A stretch of DNA of 64,000 nucleotides from Candidatus Bathyarchaeia archaeon (GTDB lineage: Archaea; Thermoproteota; Bathyarchaeia; Bathyarchaeales; Bathycorpusculaceae): NCBI GenBank assembly GCA_049521795.1, contig JBEKOM010000002.1, positions 224,940 to 288,939 on the forward strand, given 5' to 3'. Positions 29,294-39,900 of this stretch are shown in pieces. The notes under the pieces were generated by a model. The model saw nothing but the letters and a program-made list of their open reading frames with translations, ran no database searches and was not told the origin of the DNA. Within the stretch, counting starts at the first letter, position 1. Each line of letters begins with the position of its first letter. The position numbers and the translations under genes are program-made.

Positions 29294-30397
29294 ATGCCGG
29301 ATGTCCGCATAGAAAACGTTACTAAGAAATTTGGGAAACTCGTCGCAGTGGACGATGTGAGCCTTCACGTCCATGAAAAAGAATACTTCGCTCTGCTAGG
29401 ACCGAGCGGATGCGGAAAAACAACGCTTCTAAGGCTTATTGCAGGATTGATTAAGCCTGACAGAGGAGAAATATTCATCGGGGACAGACTCGTCAACGAT
29501 GTCCCGCCGGAAGACCGAGACATAGGTTTCGTCTTTCAAACGTTCGCTCTGTTTCCCCACATGGACGCTTGGAACAACGTCACCTATGGGCCAAGAGTGA
29601 AGGGCTTTGACATGAAGAAAGCAGACACGATTGGACATGAGGTGCTTGAAATGGTCAGACTGCATGAAAGGTTGAACGCTTTTCCAAGCGAGCTCAGCGG
29701 GGGAATGATGCAGAGAGTAGCGGTTGCGAGGGCGCTGGCAGCTGGCGCTAAGCTGCTGCTTCTAGATGAGCCGCTCGGGCAGTTGGACGCAAAGGTGAGG
29801 AACGACCTCAGGTATGAAATCAGAAAAATGACGAAGGACCTTGGTTTGACGGCTATACACGTCACGCATGACCAGTCTGAGGCCATGGCGATCTCCGACA
29901 GAATTGCAGTCATGAAGAAGGGAAACATCAAACAGGTGGGAACTCCAAGCGAGCTCTACATGTCACCGAAAAACCTTTTCGTGGCCAACTTCATAGGAGA
30001 ATCAAACTTCCTGGAAGGGTACGCTGCAGAGTCTGAGAACAAAGAAACGTTAATAGAGCTTCGTGGCGGTATAAGGGTTCAAGCCGTTAGAAACGAAGTG
30101 AAAAAGGGTGAAAGAGTGGTTTTGGCCGTGAGACCTGAGACCTTAAGCGTTGAAGATGGAAGAAGAGAAGGCACAAACTCGATAAGTGGCACGGTTGAGA
30201 GAGTGACTTTTGAGGGAACAAACATACGGTACGACGTAATGCTTGAGAACGAGGACCACATCGTCATAGTCAAGCCTTCAATGATCGGGGAGTGGTTCAG
30301 GGTCGATGAACATGTGACTGTCAGCTTCTCTCCGGACAAGGCTCACGTGTTCAGGTATCCAGAAACGGGACTCAAGGAGGAATTGGCTGTTGAGTGA
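29294..30397 (+). CDS. ABC ATPase, PotA/FbpC-like with TOBE domain
   Basis: GPSGCGKT, LSGGMMQR, LLLDEP, HVTHD. Confidence 0.92.
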   Translation: MPDVRIENVTKKFGKLVAVDDVSLHVHEKEYFALLGPSGCGKTTLLRLIAGLIKPDRGEIFIGDRLVNDVPPEDRDIGFVFQTFALFPHMDAWNNVTYGPRVKGFDMKKADTIGHEVLEMVRLHERLNAFPSELSGGMMQRVAVARALAAGAKLLLLDEPLGQLDAKVRNDLRYEIRKMTKDLGLTAIHVTHDQSEAMAISDRIAVMKKGNIKQVGTPSELYMSPKNLFVANFIGESNFLEGYAAESENKETLIELRGGIRVQAVRNEVKKGERVVLAVRPETLSVEDGRREGTNSISGTVERVTFEGTNIRYDVMLENEDHIVIVKPSMIGEWFRVDEHVTVSFSPDKAHVFRYPETGLKEELAVE

Positions 30398-31049
30398 ACT
30401 GATAAAGTGGTTCGCGAAGCGACAGGAAACAAAGGCACTGTCCTCAGTTCAACGCCATCTAGCCTTGACAACCGGCATAGTTGAAGACTTGGAGAAGGCG
30501 ATAAGAGCAGCAATCGAATGCGACTTGAAAGAGATGAAAAGGTGCATCGACAGAGTTGCCAGCAGCGAAAAGGAGGCAGATTCGCTTCGCAGAAAGGTCA
30601 TGTCCGAGATATCAACCGGGGAGCTCTCGCCCACAGACAGGGAGGACCTGATGGACCTCGTGAAGAGGGTGGACATGGTCGCCGACTGGAGCAGAGAATC
30701 CACACGGATCCTCGGTGCGATACCGATGGAGCACGTTCCACCTTCGATCAAGAATGCGTTGATAGAGATGGTGCTCAGCGTGAAACAGTGCGCTGTTTCT
30801 CTACAGACATGCGTGAACAGAATGATGAAGAAAACAGAGGAGGCTCTTCAAGCCGCGGACGCGGTGGAACGGGAAGAGGAAAAAGTCGACGATATACACG
30901 AGAAGGCCCGAATCCTCCTCGGGAAAGAAGACTTGCCTAGGGCCGGCGTGGCCATACTGGTAAGCGAGCTTTTCGAGTCAATGGAAATGATCGCTGACTC
31001 ATGTGAGGACGCTTGCGACCAGGTCAGAGTGATAATCGTTAGAAAATGA
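30390..31049 (+). CDS. DUF47 / PhoU-like protein
   Basis: EKEADSLRRK, DREDLMDLVKRVD, EEEKVDDI, IADSCEDACD. Confidence 0.88.
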   Translation: MSELIKWFAKRQETKALSSVQRHLALTTGIVEDLEKAIRAAIECDLKEMKRCIDRVASSEKEADSLRRKVMSEISTGELSPTDREDLMDLVKRVDMVADWSRESTRILGAIPMEHVPPSIKNALIEMVLSVKQCAVSLQTCVNRMMKKTEEALQAADAVEREEEKVDDIHEKARILLGKEDLPRAGVAILVSELFESMEMIADSCEDACDQVRVIIVRK

Positions 31050-31060
31050 GGTGAAAACAT

Positions 31061-31345
31061 ATGTCAGAAGCAAGAATCAACATAAATGAACTGAAGAGTG
31101 AAGGAAGCGACTTGATAAAAGAGCTGACGACTTTCCTGAAAGAAAAGACCAACGCCAAAGTTGAGGCTGGAACAGACGAGCTTGTCGTCAAGGGGGAAGA
31201 GACAAACGTTTCAAGAACATACCTGCGAGTTCTACTGAGAAAGTTCCTTCACAAGAAGGAGCTAAAAAACTACTTCAGAGTGATAGGCGGCAAAGAAAAC
31301 ACGCTGATCGTCAAGGGCAAGAAGGCACCTGAAGAAGAAGAGTAG
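31061..31345 (+). CDS. rpl22e: Ribosomal protein eL22-like
   Basis: SRTYLRVLLRKFLHKKELKNYFRVI matches the eL22 SKRYLKYLTKKYLKK..LRDWLRVV pattern. Confidence 0.72.
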   Translation: MSEARININELKSEGSDLIKELTTFLKEKTNAKVEAGTDELVVKGEETNVSRTYLRVLLRKFLHKKELKNYFRVIGGKENTLIVKGKKAPEEEE

Positions 31346-31574
31346 CTCTCACTTCCTGACACCTCAGTTCTCCTCTTTAACTCTCACGTGACAGTCCAGA
31401 CCGCTTGCAGTGTCCTCAGTAAACGCCACGATGCACTTCATAATGCCCGTGGCCCTTGAAAGCCGGGTGAGTAGGCGCGTTAGAAGAGGCAAGACGCGAA
31501 ACAGGGAATGTTAAACTGCCCTTATAACAGATGCGTGAGAACGCAAAAACAGCAGAAATTCAATGTGTGCGATG

Positions 31575-32639
31575 TTATATTACTCCTGTCACTTTCGCAA
31601 GGTGCTCATAGGCGTCCCTGTTCAAGCTCAGCTTGTTCAAAATCGTAAACCTTTCAGGTCTCAATGTTGCGGCCAACTCTAAGGCATTCAAAACGTCGTT
31701 CCGTTCTACACCAAGCTCTTCAGCACTCGTCGGGGCTCCTAGCTTCTTCAGCACCTCTCTAATCCGCTTCCAATTAGCACCGTGCAGGTAGGCCATCATC
31801 ACGGTCCCGACTCCGCAACGTTCACCGTGCAAGGCGCAGTTAGGCTTAATCATTTCAAGCGCGTGGCTGAAAAGATGCTCTGAACCGCTGCAAGGATGGC
31901 TGCTTCCAGCGATGCTCATAGAAACACCGCAGCTTATCAAAGCCTCTAACAGAACTCGCAAACCTTCCTCGCTCTTGTCCTTCACTAGTTGCACGTTGAA
32001 CATAACATGCTTTGCGCTCATCAGAGCCAGACTTGCAGCGTATCCCCCGAAATACTCGTTCCTTTCCACGTGAGCCAGCTTCCAATCCTTAACCGCCGTG
32101 AACTTTGCAACAACATCTTCATAGCCGCTTACTGCCAGCCGCCAAGGAGCCTGCATTATGATTTTCGTGTCCGCTATTATGGCCAAGGGTGCCTGAGCCA
32201 TCACTGAATACGGTTTTTCCGAGCCCTTGACCGAAGACAGAGGACTGGCTATTCCGTCATGCGATGCTGTCGTTGGAACGCTGATGAACGGAACCTCTGA
32301 CCGCGCAGAGCTGCACTTCGCGACGTCTATTTTAGTTCCGCCGCCAACTCCGAGGACAATCTGAGGCTTGAACGCTCTTATACTCTCTTCAACGCGGTCG
32401 ACATCTTTGATCGTAGCAGCTTCAACGAGCAAAGTCTCGACTGTCATTCCGCTCTGCTCCAGAAGCTCTCTGACTCTCTTTCCCGCAATATCGTTCGTCT
32501 TTGAACCTGCTATCACGAGCGCCGACAGGTTAAACCCTAATCTTCTAGTGACTTCAGCAACTCGTTCCACTGCGCCATTTCCAACGATAACCTCTCTAGG
32601 AAACTGCATCCTATGATGTTTCAAGTGCACACAAACCAC
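31575..32639 (-). CDS. egsA: sn-glycerol-1-phosphate dehydrogenase
   Basis: GVGGGTKIDVAK, PTTASHDGIAS, SGSEHLFSHAL, LHGERCG. Confidence 0.95.
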   Translation of the reverse strand: MVCVHLKHHRMQFPREVIVGNGAVERVAEVTRRLGFNLSALVIAGSKTNDIAGKRVRELLEQSGMTVETLLVEAATIKDVDRVEESIRAFKPQIVLGVGGGTKIDVAKCSSARSEVPFISVPTTASHDGIASPLSSVKGSEKPYSVMAQAPLAIIADTKIIMQAPWRLAVSGYEDVVAKFTAVKDWKLAHVERNEYFGGYAASLALMSAKHVMFNVQLVKDKSEEGLRVLLEALISCGVSMSIAGSSHPCSGSEHLFSHALEMIKPNCALHGERCGVGTVMMAYLHGANWKRIREVLKKLGAPTSAEELGVERNDVLNALELAATLRPERFTILNKLSLNRDAYEHLAKVTGVI

Positions 32640-32883
32640 TGTTGGCTTCTATCTTTTTCTTTCATAGCGATGTGTAATCAGGCATTAAAAAGAGTTGCTT
32701 CTCCGGCTTGACGACGCCTTCTGAATCTCTCAAAGAACTCCGTCAAGGACACGCATTGAAAAGAAGCCTCGCGGAAGGAAAGATCGAAATCGCCCTTGCA
32801 TTTGCTGATTCTTGTGGTCCAAATAGATTTAAGGCTGTTAACGATCCAAAGCATTGTCAAGTTCACGCTGACGATTCGGTGTT

Positions 32884-33381
32884 TTAAACATCCGCTCGTT
32901 CGAGGTACCTGAAGGAAAACGGCTTAACGGCCAGCTCTGGCCTGTTCATGCTTAGGATGAAGCTCTGCGTGTCTTTAAGATTAGGCTGCCAATCTTGCCT
33001 GAGAGTGGTGATCAGCTTCGAAAAGCTAGCATAGTTCTTGTGCGCAGAAACAATAATGCTGTTCATTCCCACGCCTTCGCCATCTGACGCAAAAATGATG
33101 TTCGGCTGCTTCCTGCACCATTCACGTGCCCTTTCCAGTAGTTCTGGGGTCGATTCCGTGAAGGCAAGAAAGGTGAACGCAATGATTTCAAAACCAATTC
33201 TTGCAAGGTTGGGCACAATCGTGTACTCTTCTATGAGTCCTTCCATTTCTAAACGTGTTCTCTTCCGCGTTACTGTTGGCTGGGAGATTTTCAGAGCCTT
33301 CGCAAGTTCTCTGTCGCTTCTTCTTGCACCCTTTATCAATTCGAATAGGAGTTTCATCCTCTCTTTTTCTTTCTCACTCAC
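32884..33381 (-). CDS. Lrp/AsnC family regulator
   Basis: ARRSDRELAKALKISQPTVTRKRTRLE. Confidence 0.87.
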   Translation of the reverse strand: MSEKEKERMKLLFELIKGARRSDRELAKALKISQPTVTRKRTRLEMEGLIEEYTIVPNLARIGFEIIAFTFLAFTESTPELLERAREWCRKQPNIIFASDGEGVGMNSIIVSAHKNYASFSKLITTLRQDWQPNLKDTQSFILSMNRPELAVKPFSFRYLERADV

Positions 33382-33696
33382 CTGACGCCACCCTTTTTAT
33401 TATTCATTGTCTTCGTCTAATAATCCTTGCGATTGAAAGATTCCGGCCAAGCGTCGAAGGGCAACTCATCCAATGGTATTTGCTTGAAGAAAAAGCCCAT
33501 GAAATAGGTGGAGAATGTTCTTCTGTTGATTAGGACTACTATTCCTTGATTTGACGTATGAATTAGAGGGCAATTGCGCAACCCTTTCCAGAAATTTCAA
33601 GGCGCAATATTAATAAACACCCTAGCAATGATAACATGATGCTGCTTCCTCGCGAAGTAATTTGCCGATATCATCGAGTTTTAGGAGAGAAACAAG

Positions 33697-34335
33697 ATGG
33701 CAAATAACGATGAGATAAATCGACTAACACTAAAAGGAACGACGACCGTAGGAGTTGTCTGTAAAGACGGAGTAATAATGGCCTCGGATACGCGCGTTAC
33801 TATGGGATTTTACGTGGCACACAAGCATGGGAAGAAGGTATATCAGATAGACGATCACCTAGCGATGACCATTGCCGGAAGCCTGGCTGATGCTCAAAAA
33901 GCTGTTGATATACTGACGACCAATGCCAAACTGTACAAGATTGAACTTGGCAGACCTTTGCCGATCAGTTCAGCGGCAAGATTGCTGGCGAACCTTCTTT
34001 TCTCAGCAAGATACGTGCCTTTGCTGGCACAGGTTCTCGTCGGCGGCTTAGACGATACAGGTCCACACATATTTTCAATAGACCCGTTTGGCAGCCTGAC
34101 GGAGGAGAAATACGTGTCTACAGGTTCAGGTTCACCAGTAGCATACGGCATTCTAGAGGAAAAGTACAAGGACGGTGTTCCTGTTAGAGAGATGCTACCA
34201 GTGATAGTCAAAGCGGTCAACGCTGCGATGAAACGCGACGCCGCAAGTGGAGACAGTTTCAACGTTGCGGTCATCGATGCCAAGGGCTATAGAGACCTGA
34301 CCGACAAGGAGAAAAAGCAACTTCTCGTAGATTGA
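33697..34335 (+). CDS. psmB: Proteasome beta subunit
   Basis: Propeptide then KG/TTTVG; STGSGS; RDAASG. Confidence 0.96.
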   Translation: MANNDEINRLTLKGTTTVGVVCKDGVIMASDTRVTMGFYVAHKHGKKVYQIDDHLAMTIAGSLADAQKAVDILTTNAKLYKIELGRPLPISSAARLLANLLFSARYVPLLAQVLVGGLDDTGPHIFSIDPFGSLTEEKYVSTGSGSPVAYGILEEKYKDGVPVREMLPVIVKAVNAAMKRDAASGDSFNVAVIDAKGYRDLTDKEKKQLLVD

Positions 34336-34348
34336 GGAAGTTAAAAGA

Positions 34349-36268
34349 GTGCCTTCAAATTCTGACAAGGAAAAGGTCGAAATCAGTCAATACATTCTGC
34401 AGCATGTCCCAAAAGAAGCTGAAGTAACCAGGATAGAGTATGAAGCTTCAACACTGGCGGTGTACACCAAGAGACCAGAAGTCTTGGTCGACCAGAGCAA
34501 CGTCATAGCCAACATAGTCAACGTCATAAGAAAACGAATCGTCATTCGCTCTGACCCTTCAGTAAGGCTTCACGAAGTTGAGGCTGAGAAGATTGCTAAG
34601 GACATAATTCCAGCTGAGGCAGAAGTGACAGACATCAATTTCGACCCAAGTCTGGGCGAAATAATAATAGACGCAAAGAAGCCTGGGCTTGTGATCGGAA
34701 AGAACGGAACAGTCCTGCAGGAGATAATCAGACAGACAAAGTGGCGCCCCCACGTTTTAAGAAGCCCCCCATTACGGTCAAAGATAGTAACTCACATGCG
34801 GCATTATCTTCATTCTGAGAGCAAAGAAAGAGAACGAATACTTCGTACAATAGGGGAAAGGATCTTCAGACCTAAAGCCTTCGAAGTTGGAGACGTTAGG
34901 ATCACAGCGCTCGGAGGAGTTCAGGAAGTCGGAAGATCTGCCTTCCTCGTTCAAACCCGAGAAAGCAGCGTACTGCTGGACTGCGGTGTGAACCCAGGTT
35001 CCTCGAGGCCCTTTGAGGCCTTTCCCAGGCTGGACAACCCGGCGTTTGAGCTTGAATCTTTGGACGCTGTCATCATAAGTCATGCTCATCTTGACCATTG
35101 TGGTCTCGTACCTTTCCTTTACAAGTATGGATACGACGGACCAGTCTACTGCTCGGCTCCCACTTCAAACATGATGACACTGCTTCAGCTTGACTATTTA
35201 GATGTCGCTGGCAAGCAGGGCACAACTCCGTTTTATGACCAGAAAGATGTCCGCGAATGCGTTCTGCACACGATTCCCTCAAGGTATGGGGTTGTCACCG
35301 ACATAGCTCCTGACGTGCGCTTAACTCTCCACAACGCTGGGCACATTCTAGGGTCTTCAATGGTTCACCTTCACATCGGCGAGGGTCTACACAACGTTGT
35401 TTACACCGGTGACTACAAGTATTCAAGGACGATGCTTCTGGAAGCAGCGACGACAGAGTTTCCAAGGGTTGAGACCGTCATAACTGAAAGCACGTATGGA
35501 GGGCCGGATGATGTCATGCCGTCGCGCGTGGAAGCTGAGGAACGGTTGACCGCACTTGTGAATGAAACGTTGGAACGCAAAGGCAAGGTTCTGATCCCAG
35601 TCCCAGCGGTTGGCAGAGCTCAGGAGATAATGCTCGTGCTGGACGGCTACATGAAGCGTGGAATGATGAAGGAGGCTCCTGTCTTCATAGAGGGAATGAT
35701 TTCAGAGGCCACAGCAATTCACACCGCATATCCTGAGTACTTAGGGCGAGAAGTCCGCAACAGCATACTCCATGATGGAGTTAATCCTTTTCAGTCAGAC
35801 TACTTCACCATCGTTGAGCATCCAAGCGTGCGCCAAGAAATAGTTGAGGGCGAACCGTGCATTATCATGGCGACTTCAGGAATGCTTGAAGGTGGCCCAG
35901 TAATAGAGTACTTCAAAAGCTTGGCCGACAACGAGAACAACGCGATTATTTTTGTCAGTTACCAGATCGAAGGCACTATGGGAAGAAGAGTCCAGAAAGG
36001 CCTGAACGAGGTTACACTCATGACTTCAGATGGCAAAATGGATGTCGTTAAGGTTAGGCTGCGCGTGGAGTCAATAGAAGGCTTCTCCGGGCATTCGGAT
36101 AGACGACAGATATTCAACTACATAACTCACCTAAGGCCTAAGCCTGAAAGAGTCGTCGTGTGCCACGGTGAAAGAGCAAAGTGTCTCAGCATGGCTAACT
36201 TCATAGAAAGAAGATGTGAAGTTCGCTCCTTCGCCCCAGCCTTGATGGAGACCTTTAGGCTGCTGTAG
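34349..36268 (+). CDS. Beta-CASP ribonuclease aCPSF1 (FttA) with KH domains
   Basis: KPGLVIGKNG, SHAHLDH, AGHILGS, FSGHSD; conserved psmB linkage. Confidence 0.96.
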   Translation: MPSNSDKEKVEISQYILQHVPKEAEVTRIEYEASTLAVYTKRPEVLVDQSNVIANIVNVIRKRIVIRSDPSVRLHEVEAEKIAKDIIPAEAEVTDINFDPSLGEIIIDAKKPGLVIGKNGTVLQEIIRQTKWRPHVLRSPPLRSKIVTHMRHYLHSESKERERILRTIGERIFRPKAFEVGDVRITALGGVQEVGRSAFLVQTRESSVLLDCGVNPGSSRPFEAFPRLDNPAFELESLDAVIISHAHLDHCGLVPFLYKYGYDGPVYCSAPTSNMMTLLQLDYLDVAGKQGTTPFYDQKDVRECVLHTIPSRYGVVTDIAPDVRLTLHNAGHILGSSMVHLHIGEGLHNVVYTGDYKYSRTMLLEAATTEFPRVETVITESTYGGPDDVMPSRVEAEERLTALVNETLERKGKVLIPVPAVGRAQEIMLVLDGYMKRGMMKEAPVFIEGMISEATAIHTAYPEYLGREVRNSILHDGVNPFQSDYFTIVEHPSVRQEIVEGEPCIIMATSGMLEGGPVIEYFKSLADNENNAIIFVSYQIEGTMGRRVQKGLNEVTLMTSDGKMDVVKVRLRVESIEGFSGHSDRRQIFNYITHLRPKPERVVVCHGERAKCLSMANFIERRCEVRSFAPALMETFRLL

Positions 36269-36602
36269 GTATCGGCTCATTCGAAACCGGAACTTTCTCT
36301 CGCCAGATCTTCACGTTCGGAGGGCATACAACCACTCTCTCCTCGCCCAACCTTGCAATATCTCCTCCGACGGATTGAGCAAATTCGCACAGCTCGTTTA
36401 CGGCACGCTTAACGTCGTCAACACTCTTATTCGCAAGAGGCGTTATCCTCAGAATCAGGATGTTTCCAGATTTGACTTCTGCCTTTACAGAGTCCAAATC
36501 GGACAAGTCCCGAAGAGGCATTGCTTTCAAATAAGTCTTGCCAGAATCACTTCTAATCTTAACCTCCTTCTTTGATTTGCGGAGTATGCTCAATCCCGGC
36601 AA
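36255..36602 (-). CDS. sepF: SepF/DUF552 family protein
   Basis: VKAEVKSGNILIL...GGDIARLGEERVVVCP. Confidence 0.82.
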   Translation of the reverse strand: MPGLSILRKSKKEVKIRSDSGKTYLKAMPLRDLSDLDSVKAEVKSGNILILRITPLANKSVDDVKRAVNELCEFAQSVGGDIARLGEERVVVCPPNVKIWREKVPVSNEPIPTAA

Positions 36603-36714
36603 GCTTGTCCTCTCTTACACGTTTATTTGCATTTCAAGAGTTTAAGTTTTTCTTAATTTCACGTATAGATTCATAGTATAGATTGCATGATTAAAAGGTT
36701 TATGAATTCAACGT

Positions 36715-37245
36715 TCATCGAATCTTCGCTCGGCTAGGGGCTACTTCCTTAAGTAGGTTCCACGTTTTATCTCCGACGTAGTAAAGGTTCCTGACAACAG
36801 TGCCCTTTCTGACTTTCTTTATCTTTTCATCGTCAAAAAGGATTTCCCCTATGGCGATAGGTCTGCTATGCCTCTCATCAACCACAATGACAATGTCATT
36901 CTCCTTGAATTGACCCTCAAAGCGTCTGATTCCAGGTGCCATAACGTTCGCGCCCTTGCATACATAGGGAACGGCCCCCATGTCCACGACAACTTTGGGA
37001 GCTCTTTGAAGAAACTCATCGAACACTAGCGTTGGATAAATATCTTCGTCAGCTTTAACCAGCAACGGCTTTGCGTTGATGAGAAAGATCTCAGCTGATT
37101 CTGTTTCAAAGACCTCAACGTTAACCTTGTCTTTGAAGAGTAGACCCAAGTCAGTCTTGAGCTTTTCCGAAGCCTTTGCAATAAGGGCTTTAGATTCTTT
37201 CGCCTTTAAGAAATATCGCCTGTTCTTTTCAGGCATTCTGCCCAT
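36715..37245 (-). CDS. PUA-domain RNA-binding protein (DUF1947/MCT-1-like)
   Basis: VVVDMGAVPYVCKGANVMAPGI, YYVGDKTW. Confidence 0.9.
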   Translation of the reverse strand: MGRMPEKNRRYFLKAKESKALIAKASEKLKTDLGLLFKDKVNVEVFETESAEIFLINAKPLLVKADEDIYPTLVFDEFLQRAPKVVVDMGAVPYVCKGANVMAPGIRRFEGQFKENDIVIVVDERHSRPIAIGEILFDDEKIKKVRKGTVVRNLYYVGDKTWNLLKEVAPSRAKIR

Positions 37246-37314
37246 CTCTTAGATAGGTTTAAATGTGTAAGCTTAAGTATAAAAGGCATAATAATTTGGG
37301 TCCGAGGGTCAAAA

Positions 37315-37542
37315 ATGAGCGAAATGACCACTGAAATCCTTGAGCAAAACCTTGGGAAAATCGTGCTTGTAAGGCTGAAAGGTGGAAAGAGCCTACGTGG
37401 AAGACTCAAAGGATTTGACCAGCATCTAAACTTGGTTCTAGAGGAAACAGAAGACACCACTTCTTCAGAAAACGTCAGGAAACTCGGGGTCATAATCGTC
37501 CGAGGAGACAACGTGGTTCTGATCTCTCCGCCTCCTAGGTGA
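37315..37542 (+). CDS. lsm: Sm-like archaeal protein
   Basis: GRLKGFDQHLNLVL, IIVRGDNVVLISP. Confidence 0.95.
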   Translation: MSEMTTEILEQNLGKIVLVRLKGGKSLRGRLKGFDQHLNLVLEETEDTTSSENVRKLGVIIVRGDNVVLISPPPR

Positions 37543-37736
37543 CATCTTTGGGAAAGGGGACACCCTCATTTGGCAAACGCCAAGGAAAAACGGTTCATAT
37601 AAAATGCAGACGGTGTGGAAGAAGGTCATACAACGTGACTAAGAAGCGATGTTCCGCCTGCGGCTACGGAGAGACAGCGGTCATGAAAACGTATTCATGG
37701 CGGACTAAAAGCCTGCATAGAGAAAGGACTCGCTAA
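37539..37736 (+). CDS. rpl37e: 50S ribosomal protein eL37
   Basis: GKGTPSFGKR, CRRCG, CSACG; follows lsm. Confidence 0.95.
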   Translation: MTSLGKGTPSFGKRQGKTVHIKCRRCGRRSYNVTKKRCSACGYGETAVMKTYSWRTKSLHRERTR

Positions 37737-37749
37737 GAATTGTCTCGTT

Positions 37750-38391
37750 CTACTGCGTTGATTGATAGTACCCCTTATCGACCTTGACGAAGATCAACGG
37801 GCCCTTGCTCTGCGTCAGTTCCCTTGCCTTTTTCAAAGCGTTGTTAACAACGTTCACCATTTGCTCTTTGTCGTTCGCGTATGTTTTCTTTTCACTGCCC
37901 AACTCCATCTTCAAGAGGTTTTCGGCAAGGATTGAGGTGCCACAAATCTCCCCGTTCTTGATCAACGTGGAAGTCACGATATCTTCCATTTCCTGGTGAC
38001 AAGAGAGCCCTCGCCATATCGGTTCAGCGTTGTTGAGGATCCTCGTGACGTTGTTCCACCTCTTTGAGTTGTCATTACCTATGAGAAGTTTGACTCGCTC
38101 GTTCCACTTCTTGAACCAAATCCCCGTCCAAACACCCAAGAATTCTTCCAGCTCTTTCGAGTTCTCCTCGAAGGTTCTCTCAAGCTCTTCTACAACGTCA
38201 CATTGACTTGCTTCTTTTCCAATGAGATCCCAATGGACTTTGAGGTAGTTCGTCAGGTCTTGACATGCTATTTGGAGCACCTTGCGATCAGCGACCAACA
38301 CGTCGATGAGGGGATTCTTCTCTAACAGTTTCTCAGACAACAATGTTTCGATGAAGTTCACAGGTACTCCTTCTCGAAGCCTTCTCCACAT
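37750..38391 (-). CDS. Hypothetical protein
   Basis: Long helical ORF filling the gap between known genes. Confidence 0.7.
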   Translation of the reverse strand: MWRRLREGVPVNFIETLLSEKLLEKNPLIDVLVADRKVLQIACQDLTNYLKVHWDLIGKEASQCDVVEELERTFEENSKELEEFLGVWTGIWFKKWNERVKLLIGNDNSKRWNNVTRILNNAEPIWRGLSCHQEMEDIVTSTLIKNGEICGTSILAENLLKMELGSEKKTYANDKEQMVNVVNNALKKARELTQSKGPLIFVKVDKGYYQSTQ

Positions 38392-38507
38392 CTAAAACTA
38401 TCCTTTGGCCTTTTAATAAGCTTTATTCGTGATCGCTTCTATAACACTGTTCACTAATTTTCAGCTATATTTCCTCTCTAGAAATATTCTAAAGCTTCAT
38501 TTTGGCC

Positions 38508-39167
38508 CTATTCCAGGAAATCCGGCAATTCTTTGACACTTGCCAGGATCAAGTCTGGTTTTTGTTCCTTCAGCTCGTCGCGAGAGAAAATTCCAGACAA
38601 GACTGCGACTGTCTTGGCTCCTGCACGCCTTCCTGCCTCTACGTCAACGATCGAGTCTCCAACGACTGCACATTCGCTTGTGCTTATGCCCAGCTTTCTT
38701 GAGCATTCTACAAGGGCTTCGGGAGAAGGTTTTGGACTGAACTTATCGCATGCTGTTACCACAGCTTGGAAATATCCTTCTAGACCAAATTCTTTCAGCT
38801 GTCCAATGACGACTTTGTTTGGGACTTTACGTCTTGTTGTTAATGCAAGTTTCGCCTTTTTTGAAAGCTTCCTGAGGCTGTTCGCAATGTCAGGAAACGG
38901 TTTCGCCATCGTGCCTACTGCCTCGTAATACGCCCTTAGGTATATTCGTCGGAACTTCTTCACGTCTACCCCGCGCAATAGGTCATCGAGCGGAATGCCC
39001 TGTTCAAACCTCTTTGGAATTTCTATGGCCATTTTGTTGCTGACTGTTTGTTGTCCTACTGCGGAAAAAGCTGTTCTTGCCGCTTCCAAGTAAGCTTGCG
39101 TTGAATCTACCAGTGTGCCGTCCAAATCTAGAATTATCCCTTTAACGTGAAGCTTCGTGTTTTTCAT
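38508..39167 (-). CDS. HAD family hydrolase
   Basis: DLDGTLVDS, PKPSP, VGDSIVD. Confidence 0.9.
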   Translation of the reverse strand: MKNTKLHVKGIILDLDGTLVDSTQAYLEAARTAFSAVGQQTVSNKMAIEIPKRFEQGIPLDDLLRGVDVKKFRRIYLRAYYEAVGTMAKPFPDIANSLRKLSKKAKLALTTRRKVPNKVVIGQLKEFGLEGYFQAVVTACDKFSPKPSPEALVECSRKLGISTSECAVVGDSIVDVEAGRRAGAKTVAVLSGIFSRDELKEQKPDLILASVKELPDFLE

Positions 39168-39291
39168 GGTCTGCCTGCCCTAGGCTCGATCTGCTGCTTT
39201 TTTGCTTCGATAGGTTTTTATTTGCGGTTAATTGTCTAAGGTAGATACCCGATAAATCTGTTTAGGAGTAGAGCTTTGGGATTGATGGGCG

Positions 39292-39600
39292 ATGGTTAGG
39301 AAAGCACGTATACGCTTGACAAGTACGGACTATGGGAAACTGGAAGAAGTATGTGAGGAGCTGAAAGTCATCGCCCAGAAAACAGGGGTTAAGATCAACG
39401 GGCCCGTTCCTTTGCCCACTAAGCGACTGAGAGTTCCAGTTCTTAAGTCGCCCTGTGGTGAGGGGACCTCAACTTGGGACAAGTGGGAAATGAGAATTCA
39501 CAAACGCCTCATAGACATAGACGCTGAAGAACGTGTCATGCGTCGAATCATGCGCATACGTGTTCCTGAAGAAGTTCATGTGACCATAGAACTTCTGTAG
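39292..39600 (+). CDS. rps10: 30S ribosomal protein uS10
   Basis: [29 protein letters not shown]. Confidence 0.97.
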   Translation: MVRKARIRLTSTDYGKLEEVCEELKVIAQKTGVKINGPVPLPTKRLRVPVLKSPCGEGTSTWDKWEMRIHKRLIDIDAEERVMRRIMRIRVPEEVHVTIELL

Positions 39601-39900
39601 GGCGTGCTACGGGAACAAGCGTTTCATCTTTCTGAAGCACGTTTGAAAAGTGGGCGTCTGGCATCGCAGTTAGATTATGTCAATTGCCTGATGTGCAGGA
39701 GGAATCCAATGTGATGTTGAAGATCCTGCCACAAGAAAGACGTTGTCCTACAAGACGAACAAAAGTTACTATCCACCAAAAGGAATAATTAGAGACGCTC
39801 ATCCATTAAAGTGTGAAAACTGAAGGATAATCGAACTTTGAAATTGGCAAATGCCAAGAGACTGCGAGATGTTAATGCAGAACCCTGTGAGTGGCGGGAT

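Noticed and set aside
31380-31560. Possible small RNA between eL22 and egsA
   Set aside because: Only weak box-like words; no convincing guide or fold by eye.
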